Shown piece by piece: positions 10,002 through 18,592 of a stretch of DNA of 64,000 bases (the first letter of the stretch is position 1; each line of letters begins with the position of its first letter). The position numbers were made by a program, and so were the translations under genes. Under the pieces are notes generated by a model that saw nothing but the letters and a program-made list of their open reading frames with translations, did no database searches and was not told the origin of the DNA. This DNA comes from an uncultured virus (IMG/VR IMGVR_UViG_3300042691_032560) (taxonomy: Duplodnaviria; Heunggongvirae; Uroviricota; Caudoviricetes): IMG/VR virus record IMGVR_UViG_3300042691_032560. One strand, written 5' to 3'.

Positions 10002-13000
10002 TAAATTTCAAATACATCACTTCTTATCCATTTAGTTAAAAACCTATCAAAAGCACTTTTACCTCTATTTAATCCAAAATAAAAATAATAAGGTCCAGAT
10101 GGTGTCATAATTCTACCAGTATATACCTCATTAGTTGGTTTAAAATCAACTTTAAATTCAACTTGGTAAATTGGTAGTCCCGCCCCCGTTGGTGGGTTTG
10201 CGTCAATTTGTCCCGCAGTTACATTATATAAAAACCCTCCGTGGAATGAATAAATTGAGCCGTCCGCGGGTTGCATGAAACCTGAATTTAATCTATCCAT
10301 CCCTTGATAATATGATGTGAAAAAAGTATCGGGACCGTCAATAATTTGGGGGGTCCACCAATCATTCCTTTGGTCACCAAAAATACTGTCAGGGTTAGGA
10401 GTTTCGTCTCTACCTCTATTTTCTATAGTATACCACTGATAAAAAGGTACTGTTTGTGTAAAAATTGGGTAATCCTCAAAAACACATGGATTGGCCGTTA
10501 ATCCATCAGGGGTTGTCAAGAGTCTGTGTGGTGACAACCAATCTCTTAGTTCAAAATTCTGTTTATAAAAAACTCCAAAAACATTATACTTAGAACTACT
10601 TGGATTTGTATAAACATATCCTTGTGGTGCCGCTGGTACCTCTGTAGGTTCAGGTGTTAAATATTCATCAGTATCGTATGGAAAAACACCTATTTGTGAA
10701 TTTATTGCGACCATTTGAGCGTAGTCTCCGTCTACCTTATTATAACCTCTTGAGAACAGTCTTCTCACAATATCGGTCGCTGGCCCACCTAAAGAAGATA
10801 TAATTTCACCAATCAAAGACTGCGATAATAATCGAGACATTATAAATTGATTCAAAAGGTCAGAGGTGTCTTGGTAAGAGGTTGTTGATAATCTATCCAT
10901 GACATATCCTAAATAACTGTCGTCTAAAACTAATTCTGTAGTATATAATGTTCTTGGTCCTAAATCCATTACTGTCGTCGGAAATAATAAATTCTTATAA
11001 TTAGGTTTGTTTTTAAATGTACCACTTCCGGGACCACCTTCGCCATTATTAATAGGACTATCTTTACCTATAAACCCGGTACTAAGTGGTGGTACATTGT
11101 ACCTATACGGAGCCGACCTATAATAAACATTGTTGGTTATATGGTCTACAAATGCAACATCAGGACAAATACAAGGATATGGTGAATTAGAAGGCGGTGA
11201 TGTATATTGTATTCTATTACCGAAAGGGAACATAAATAAAGTACCATTAACCCAATAATTAGTAAAAATAAGACCAAAAATATTTCTACAAGCGGCAAAT
11301 CCTAGTCTAACTCTAGCCGCCCATTCAAAAATTAATTTTGAATCCAATGGAATACTTAACATTGGTGTTGTAACCAACACGTAACATCCATTTACTACAA
11401 TTTTTTGTTTTCCGGGTTGGTCATTATTATAATAACAATCGTCTCCAGCCGGAGCGACTGTTACCATACCAGTATTTTCATCATACTGATAACATTCTAA
11501 TGGTATTATACCATCACAGCTAAAAGTATCTCCAGCACCTGATAAAGTAGGATTACCACTAACATCCACTTCACTTGGACCCCCTTCTCCACTTCCAATA
11601 CCTGAAGACTGCACATATCCATCATCATTAACTTCAAATAATGTGAAATTTTGATTGGCGTGTAATGCGTAAGAAAAACTACCATTTATTTGTTCAGAAC
11701 TGCTTGTTGGTAACCTATCACTCCTCATGACAATTCTTTGTGAATTGTTCATGTTTATGTTAATTGAATACGTAGGAACTGATGAATTGTATGAACGATA
11801 AGAATAAGAAAGATACCCTGACGTAACATTTCCGGCCAGACATATGGTATTATTTCCAACATGCGCAGGTTGATATTCACTAGCATCTAAATACATAACC
11901 CCCGCACCTTCAACAACTTCATCTTTAAAATAACCTCTGTTTCTAGTATTAGTAGGTTGATTAAAACTATCAAAATCATTTGGGTCATTATCACCGTCGG
12001 GATATGCTGACTTACATCCAAGTAAAAAAGAACCTTCAACTTCAGGGTTGTAGAAATATCCTCCTGTCCATCTTTCCCAAAATTGTCTTGTAAACCAGTT
12101 ATTATCACTCACTCTTAACCCACTTATAAACGCACCTGCCGCAACTGTACCAATTCCAGTGGTATCTCCAATATCTCCACGAATGTAATAAGAAGTTGCC
12201 GTAGTGGTATATTGTTGGTACATGGTACTATCAACAGAAAAACTATATGATGGATAAAAAAGATGTATCCCTGAGTATGTGTCAATCGATGTGTTGTTTG
12301 TTATAGATGAAGTACCGTGTCTAACATTTCTTATATTCCCTTGAATTGGAATGTTCAATTTGAACTGTCCTTCAATAGTTAATCCAGGTGTTAGCCAACT
12401 AGTGTGACCGAATAATAAACTTAAATCATATGAACATGTTTGTCTACTACTATAAGGGTCAACTCCTCTAACTAAAAACACTATACCAATTTCTTGAGCA
12501 TCTTTCTGACAATCCCATCTAGTCGGATTACCCGAAGCTTCTCCCATTGGAATTGGTCCAGTTGTGTCGGGGTCATAATATAATTGTGTACTATTATTAA
12601 TATCACCAAGAGGTGCAGGAGCATCATCCCACAAATCATGAACAATGTCCATATAACTACCTAATACTCTACCTCTAATTGTTTCCGAGGTACTACCAGG
12701 ATTTGATAAAGGAAGATAATCAGCAACCGTTAATCCTGTTATAACTTGAAAGTACTCAATATCACTTGGAAATTTGTAGAAATTTTCGTTGGTTCCGAGG
12801 TCACCTGTTGATGCGGTTATTGTATAATTGATGGGTCCTGTGTTTCCAGCACCACTTGCATTAGCGTAGTAAACATCAATATCTCGTTCAAAATGTGTTA
12901 TATTACCATTCGAATCTAATACAGGAGTACCTAAAGTAGTTCCTGTTGTTGCAAAATTACCAAACTGAGTTTCTTCGGTCAAACTTGGGTTTGTTAAATT

Positions 13001-15532
13001 TAGGTCTTGTGAAAAATCTTTTTCTACCGGTGAGAAAATCTTTCCTGATTCAAAATTACCAAGTTGACTTGGTTTTACAAATAATATTAAAACATTATCT
13101 TCGTGAAATCCAGTATTGGAGGCATTATCAGACGCGAATTTTACTCTGATTCTATTCCTTCCACCTCCAGGGTTTGTTACAGTTGGGATAAAGTATTTTG
13201 CCTTAGTATTAAGTAGATTTATCCGTTCAAAAAATGGAATGCTAGTTGTAAACATTTTCCAAGCATCGACATTTCCTCTACCTCCAGCATCAGTTTCAAT
13301 ATCATCTACTATTATATCTTGTTGTATTGGTGCGTGTACTTTAACACCACTTAAAGCCGGACCTCCTGTTTGTAATGCACCAATATTATTAGATATATCT
13401 TCACCTGCTATTGGTGTTGTTTCTATTTCAGGAAGCCCACTCCCGCTAGTGTCGTACCAAAGTTGTGGGACTCTACTACATTCCCATTTACTTGGAGAAT
13501 GAAAATCTTGTAATAGACTAGTCCCTCCTGCCGCTTGTAAAGCCTCATTTAAACCAGGATACCCCAAATCTCCTAAATCTGCGGGTACTTTCTCAGCGGT
13601 CAAAGGAGCACACTCACAAAAATTACAATCAGGGTAAACAAAAACAGGTAATTGTAAACCTGAGGTCCCACACTCCTCTTTCATTTTGTCATATGCATCT
13701 TCAATCGGATTACATAAAAACTCAAAAGGTATTGCTGCCAATCGAAATGGAAGACCCAATAAGGGTATGTCACCCAAAAGGTTTAAAAAATCAGCAATTC
13801 CACAAATAACAACCTTTAGTGCCCCTAATATAAAGGCTAATATACAAAATATAAGAGTAACAAAGTGTGAAAGTAACATTAATACAAACATCACTGGTAC
13901 CATAAGAGTCATTAAAATAGAAAACAACAAATATATAATGTCATTATTTTTTTGTCCATCATTAGCCGGAAATGTATTTGTTGTTGATTCACATTCACTG
14001 TTCAAAATGTCTTTAATTGCCAAATACCTATAGTCATTATTTGAGGAGGCTCTGAACTCAGTTATTAAACTTGATACGGTATAAACTTTACTGTGTCTAA
14101 ATTCAAAAAATCTGTCCTGACATGTTATTGCCTCTAAAATCATCTGGTTTTTGTCGGGACCCGCTCCGTATTCTTCCCAATCAACACTAAACGCATAAGA
14201 AGCCGCCGCCATCTTATAAGTTTCTTGATTAAGAAAAGAATCTTCAGGCGCTCGACAAACTCCAAAAATATCCCCAAGTATTTCAATAACACCTGTTGTG
14301 TTACCTGTATCTTCATAATTTACAAGTAATGGGTCCTGATAAGAGGTACCAGTCCATCCCCACTCTTTAATATTAGGAACTAAATAGGAGGCTCTTAGTA
14401 TTTTACCAGTTATTGTTGGAGGTTGTTGCCAGCTTATTTTAAATCTATATCTAGCCCTTGTTGGTATCCCTATAGATTTGTTTGTCGATATTAGTCTTTC
14501 CCCTGATTCACTTGTGTATATATAATCCAAGTTCATAGGTAAATCTATCAACCATGTTCCTTCCTCATCTATACAATTACCCCCATTTTCTAAGTCGAAT
14601 TCCTCCAATAAAGGTCTTCCAAGGTTGTCCAATTCAATTGTTTGTCTAATCGATATAATTCTACCAGGACCAGTAACCATACTACACAAATTACCTATTT
14701 TTTTGTTAGCCTTGCAATTTCTCTTAATAATATTTTCATCAGTATTCGATAAAATTGACCCCATAAAAATTGCAGCAGGTTCTATTTTAATACCGAACTC
14801 CTGTGAAAGGTCAAAATCAATTCTAGTTATACCCAAATAACATATTTCAGGTTGACCCCATAATGGTACAACCTCGATTGTTCTATTTGCTTGTTTTATT
14901 TGAGGAAGTTCTCCAAGGTTAGTCGAAGACTTAAATTTAGTACCGTTTAATTGCCCTTCAGTCGCAAGGTTCAGTCTAACCAAGTCTTGAGGAGACAAAG
15001 AAAATTCTCCAATATCCGACAAATCAACATCCATATGAACTGTTTGAGACCCTATAGGAACACCAAAAATCATAAAGTCACCACTATCATTTGTTTTTGC
15101 AGTGAATTTATAATATTTGTCAAAAACCTCAATTAATGATTGATTTATTAAAACATCCTCTCTCGATGGAAATGTTCCTGTTGGCGTATGCCCCCCATGA
15201 GATACTTCATAAGGTAGTAAATTATACCTATATCCATCTTCATTTAAATCATTTAAAGTTTTGTATGGATACAATTCAGATATAGTTGGATTGGATTCAT
15301 CCTCTAATGATAAAGGAATGAATATAGAAACTTTAGCATTCGGTATTCCAAATCCGTTATTTGCACTAACTCTACCTACAACAACACCATAATCAGAACA
15401 TTGTCTATTATAAATCTGACTTTGTAATATTTTAAGAGATAAAATCTCTAATGACTCAAAGTCTTGTTCTAATAATACATTAACCGCTTTATCAACTCCA
15501 ACTTGAGTTCTTATTCTGTATGAATTCGACAT
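10001..15532 (-). CDS. Large virion protein (1843 aa) with N-terminal carboxypeptidase-regulatory-like beta-sandwich and internal hydrophobic hairpin
   Basis: YGVVVGRVSANNGFGIPNAKVSIF...AKTNDSGDFMIFGVPIGSQTVH. Long apolar stretch IIYLLFSILMTLMVPVMFVLMLLSHFVTLIFCILAFILGALKVVICG. Many Cys. Confidence 0.55.
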   Translation of the reverse strand: MSNSYRIRTQVGVDKAVNVLLEQDFESLEILSLKILQSQIYNRQCSDYGVVVGRVSANNGFGIPNAKVSIFIPLSLEDESNPTISELYPYKTLNDLNEDGYRYNLLPYEVSHGGHTPTGTFPSREDVLINQSLIEVFDKYYKFTAKTNDSGDFMIFGVPIGSQTVHMDVDLSDIGEFSLSPQDLVRLNLATEGQLNGTKFKSSTNLGELPQIKQANRTIEVVPLWGQPEICYLGITRIDFDLSQEFGIKIEPAAIFMGSILSNTDENIIKRNCKANKKIGNLCSMVTGPGRIISIRQTIELDNLGRPLLEEFDLENGGNCIDEEGTWLIDLPMNLDYIYTSESGERLISTNKSIGIPTRARYRFKISWQQPPTITGKILRASYLVPNIKEWGWTGTSYQDPLLVNYEDTGNTTGVIEILGDIFGVCRAPEDSFLNQETYKMAAASYAFSVDWEEYGAGPDKNQMILEAITCQDRFFEFRHSKVYTVSSLITEFRASSNNDYRYLAIKDILNSECESTTNTFPANDGQKNNDIIYLLFSILMTLMVPVMFVLMLLSHFVTLIFCILAFILGALKVVICGIADFLNLLGDIPLLGLPFRLAAIPFEFLCNPIEDAYDKMKEECGTSGLQLPVFVYPDCNFCECAPLTAEKVPADLGDLGYPGLNEALQAAGGTSLLQDFHSPSKWECSRVPQLWYDTSGSGLPEIETTPIAGEDISNNIGALQTGGPALSGVKVHAPIQQDIIVDDIETDAGGRGNVDAWKMFTTSIPFFERINLLNTKAKYFIPTVTNPGGGRNRIRVKFASDNASNTGFHEDNVLILFVKPSQLGNFESGKIFSPVEKDFSQDLNLTNPSLTEETQFGNFATTGTTLGTPVLDSNGNITHFERDIDVYYANASGAGNTGPINYTITASTGDLGTNENFYKFPSDIEYFQVITGLTVADYLPLSNPGSTSETIRGRVLGSYMDIVHDLWDDAPAPLGDINNSTQLYYDPDTTGPIPMGEASGNPTRWDCQKDAQEIGIVFLVRGVDPYSSRQTCSYDLSLLFGHTSWLTPGLTIEGQFKLNIPIQGNIRNVRHGTSSITNNTSIDTYSGIHLFYPSYSFSVDSTMYQQYTTTATSYYIRGDIGDTTGIGTVAAGAFISGLRVSDNNWFTRQFWERWTGGYFYNPEVEGSFLLGCKSAYPDGDNDPNDFDSFNQPTNTRNRGYFKDEVVEGAGVMYLDASEYQPAHVGNNTICLAGNVTSGYLSYSYRSYNSSVPTYSININMNNSQRIVMRSDRLPTSSSEQINGSFSYALHANQNFTLFEVNDDGYVQSSGIGSGEGGPSEVDVSGNPTLSGAGDTFSCDGIIPLECYQYDENTGMVTVAPAGDDCYYNNDQPGKQKIVVNGCYVLVTTPMLSIPLDSKLIFEWAARVRLGFAACRNIFGLIFTNYWVNGTLFMFPFGNRIQYTSPPSNSPYPCICPDVAFVDHITNNVYYRSAPYRYNVPPLSTGFIGKDSPINNGEGGPGSGTFKNKPNYKNLLFPTTVMDLGPRTLYTTELVLDDSYLGYVMDRLSTTSYQDTSDLLNQFIMSRLLSQSLIGEIISSLGGPATDIVRRLFSRGYNKVDGDYAQMVAINSQIGVFPYDTDEYLTPEPTEVPAAPQGYVYTNPSSSKYNVFGVFYKQNFELRDWLSPHRLLTTPDGLTANPCVFEDYPIFTQTVPFYQWYTIENRGRDETPNPDSIFGDQRNDWWTPQIIDGPDTFFTSYYQGMDRLNSGFMQPADGSIYSFHGGFLYNVTAGQIDANPPTGAGLPIYQVEFKVDFKPTNEVYTGRIMTPSGPYYFYFGLNRGKSAFDRFLTKWIRSDVFEI

Positions 15533-15606
15533 GAAAAACCTTTTTTATAAATAGTTTATTTGCTATTTTCAAAAAAAGATAGACCATTATTTAGATAAAT
15601 AAATTA

Positions 15607-17445
15607 TCAAGAAAAATTAACCGTAGAAAGGTTCTTAACTCTGATATTAATATCTTTACCGGGGAATCTAATTTGGTAAATTTGATTTGGTTCCGCAAAT
15701 ATTGTGTCATCCACCAATTCAATCTGTTTTGTGTCCGAATCTAAGTATCTCTGAGACGTTTGTGACGATGAATATTGACCTCCAATTCTATTAAATACCA
15801 AAATATCAGATATCGACAATACCCCATTTTCACTTTGGATTAGTCTACGTATTTCTGATACATTAACATTTTGTCCCATCTGCATATTAGCAGGGTCAAA
15901 ATAATCTGAAACTAAATTTATAATAGAAGAAATTACAACTCCTTGGTTTTGAGTTGAATCTAACACAACATCTATAGTTAACGATAAATCAATCACATTT
16001 GCCGTCTCAACTGAAATATAATCATTAATCATTCTGTAGTTTGACAAATAATTAGCAACATTACTTTTCAAAGTGTTTGATATTATCTCAGTTAATTTAC
16101 CCGAATCATCATAAGATAACATTTTAATTTTTATCTTATTATTTTCTTCAGTTATTGACACTTTTGCCGGTGCTCCATATTGTGACGGCATGGTTCTTAT
16201 TATAGACTCATAGTCATTAACTGTAACAGCCCTGTTTTGTGCCGCAAAATTAAATGAAACATAATTTCTTACCTCTTCAGTGGTCGGAGCCGGCGCTCCT
16301 CCTATTGCCGCAGTAACATTTATACATCTTAATGAATTTACAACATTATTATTTACAGATTCTGAAGGACCATTAACAAAGAATGAAACCGTACCTATTT
16401 GTGTTATAACATTCACCCCTAAATTACTTGTAGACCCACCTCCAATTCTATATTGAACAAACATAGTCGTATTAGCCTTTAAGGTACTACCTAATGCAAA
16501 ATTATTCGAGTATTTGTATAGGTCTAATTTGTAACCATTTCGAGCGAATTCTCTTAATTGTTCGTCCGCAGATTGACTACCTCCACCGAAAGTCATTTTT
16601 AAAAACCCTTCAGGTGTATATTCAGTTATAAATTTGTTATTAGTTACCACATATTTCCCAACCTTGATACCTGGTCTGTCCGAAGTTTTAGTTGGGTCTT
16701 CTACAAAAACTCTATCCTCAATTAAGGCCTTAACCTCATACCATCTGATGTCATTGTTTAAAAATTCTTGAGCCGAAGGTATGTTAGCATATTGAGTTCC
16801 ATCTTTAAGTATAACACTAGTAACCCCTAGTACATTTTTTTCAGGTAAAAACAATTCAAAAAATGGTTTAACATCATTTGGTGTTACAACTTTTTTAAAC
16901 ACTTTAGTAACTCCATTAACAACCGTTTCTCTTTTTACTATTGTATAATTAATTAACTTGTTATTTGAATCAAATACAGGAATCTTTAATCTATTAGGAA
17001 ACCCATCACCACTAATTGGTGATGAAAAGTCAATATCGTATACGGTTTCAAAAACTTGTCCTCCTCCGTTAACTTGAGCTCCTCTTCTTAAAATACCACA
17101 ATATCTCAAATCTTCCTTATCTCCAAAAGCCGGTACTGTAATCGAAAAGTCAACTAATGCAACAGATGGTCTCTGACCTGGAATTTTTAATCCATAAGTT
17201 CGGGCGATATTGTAAATTGATGACCTTTGTTGAGCGTATTGAAGTACTGTTTCTTGTATACTTCTGTCAATATTGAACTGTAGGTTGTCTGAAACCGCCG
17301 CGTTTAAATCTAATAAAGCAGAAAAAACCGAAGCATCATTAAAGTTACTTACTAAATCAGGATAATATGTTTGTGTGAAATTTATTAACTCAGTCCTAAT
17401 CGACTGAAAATCTCTTGTAGTATACGATATTTTTTTATTCGCCAT
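15607..17445 (-). CDS. Baseplate wedge subunit (T4 gp6 / baseplate J-like), 612 aa
   Basis: RDFQSIRTELINF N-terminus, SIYNIARTYG, YRIGGG, AAQNRAVTVNDYE motifs; adjacent to a gp25-like gene. Confidence 0.85.
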   Translation of the reverse strand: MANKKISYTTRDFQSIRTELINFTQTYYPDLVSNFNDASVFSALLDLNAAVSDNLQFNIDRSIQETVLQYAQQRSSIYNIARTYGLKIPGQRPSVALVDFSITVPAFGDKEDLRYCGILRRGAQVNGGGQVFETVYDIDFSSPISGDGFPNRLKIPVFDSNNKLINYTIVKRETVVNGVTKVFKKVVTPNDVKPFFELFLPEKNVLGVTSVILKDGTQYANIPSAQEFLNNDIRWYEVKALIEDRVFVEDPTKTSDRPGIKVGKYVVTNNKFITEYTPEGFLKMTFGGGSQSADEQLREFARNGYKLDLYKYSNNFALGSTLKANTTMFVQYRIGGGSTSNLGVNVITQIGTVSFFVNGPSESVNNNVVNSLRCINVTAAIGGAPAPTTEEVRNYVSFNFAAQNRAVTVNDYESIIRTMPSQYGAPAKVSITEENNKIKIKMLSYDDSGKLTEIISNTLKSNVANYLSNYRMINDYISVETANVIDLSLTIDVVLDSTQNQGVVISSIINLVSDYFDPANMQMGQNVNVSEIRRLIQSENGVLSISDILVFNRIGGQYSSSQTSQRYLDSDTKQIELVDDTIFAEPNQIYQIRFPGKDINIRVKNLSTVNFS

Positions 17446-17450
17446 AACTT

Positions 17451-17897
17451 TTAAATATTAATAATAACGAAATCGCTAGAATTAAAAACATCGTTATTAA
17501 TTTTATAATCAATTTTTATTTTAGCAGTATGTTCCAAAGTACCAATTCCAGGGACTCTGAAAACTCTTTCATCATTGTCGTTAACATATGAACCTTTATC
17601 CTCGTCATCACTTGAAGCTGGTTTTATATCTATTTTAGTTATTGTAATACCGGGTATATATTCTGACACAGTATCCCTAATCTCAGCTTCGATATCGGAA
17701 AAAGTAGGACCATCTAATGGTTCGAATAAATATTCATACAATCTTGTTCCAAAATCAGGTAAAAAGTATCTAGTTCCTTTTCTTGTTAATAATAAATGAA
17801 CCAAATCAGTTCTTATCTCTTCATCATTGGTTGATGATAAATCAAAATAAGTTCCGTTGAAAGAATCTCTGAATGGAAAATTTATACCGTATGTCAT
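17451..17897 (-). CDS. Baseplate wedge protein, gp25/GPW-like
   Basis: LLLTRKGTRYFLPDFGTRLYEYLFEP is the gp25 family signature. Confidence 0.9.
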   Translation of the reverse strand: MTYGINFPFRDSFNGTYFDLSSTNDEEIRTDLVHLLLTRKGTRYFLPDFGTRLYEYLFEPLDGPTFSDIEAEIRDTVSEYIPGITITKIDIKPASSDDEDKGSYVNDNDERVFRVPGIGTLEHTAKIKIDYKINNDVFNSSDFVIINI

Positions 17898-17921
17898 TGT
17901 GTGTATATTTTATAATAAATA

Positions 17922-18545
17922 TTATTCGGTCGATTTTATATTATAATAATAACAATCCCCATCTTCTGCAACCCATCTATCGGATAAAGTTTCGACTGAA
18001 GGTAAATCAGTGTCAACTTTAATCTCTTTTGGTTCTATTGGGAATTTGTTTGTAACCCAATTTGAATCCTTCCAATAAATTCTATTATTGGGTTGGCACA
18101 AAAGATAACCGTCATCACCAATTAAAATGTGCCCGCACTTATAATCTGAAGGTTCATCAGAATATGGATTTCTGTACCAATCAACCGTCATAAGATATGT
18201 TGCCCAAATTTTTGACCCATCTCTTAAAACAACCTGACACCTTTTTTCATATAAATAATCATAAGTTGTTACAGTTACGTTTTCAGAAAAACAATCCCAT
18301 AATTGTTTAAAGTGAAACGGTATGTCGTTAGTCGGTTCTTTCATGAATATTTCAGAAATTGGAACTCTTGACCTCATCATTCCATAATCCGTCATTACAT
18401 GGAATGTTAATATTTTTCCAGCAACTGATTGAATGGCAAAAGCATAAGCCTTGTGGAATTTATTATCATCGTTAGGATTTTTTGTAAAATGTGATACCCT
18501 AACTAAACATTTAAATAATTCGATATTTTCATTATATACCGCCAT
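17922..18545 (-). CDS. Phage hypothetical protein, 207 aa
   Basis: Clean ORF with its own upstream motif. QLWDCFS, YLMTVDW, KCGH and QPNNRIYW blocks look conserved, but no function was recognised. Confidence 0.65.
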   Translation of the reverse strand: MAVYNENIELFKCLVRVSHFTKNPNDDNKFHKAYAFAIQSVAGKILTFHVMTDYGMMRSRVPISEIFMKEPTNDIPFHFKQLWDCFSENVTVTTYDYLYEKRCQVVLRDGSKIWATYLMTVDWYRNPYSDEPSDYKCGHILIGDDGYLLCQPNNRIYWKDSNWVTNKFPIEPKEIKVDTDLPSVETLSDRWVAEDGDCYYYNIKSTE

Positions 18546-18562
18546 ATTAATAAATATCTTAA

Positions 18563-18589
18563 ATAAAAAATCCCGATTACTCGGGATTT
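18563..18589 (-). terminator. Intrinsic terminator after nrdA
   Basis: Minus strand AAATCCCGA-GTAA-TCGGGATTTTTTAT: perfect stem, GNRA loop, U tract. Confidence 0.8.
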
Positions 18590-18592
18590 ATT

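Noticed and set aside
12946..15136. Several plus-strand ORFs of 61-128 aa inside the 1843-aa gene, and similar ones inside other long genes
   Set aside because: Antisense shadows with no motifs, upstream signals or plausible starts.
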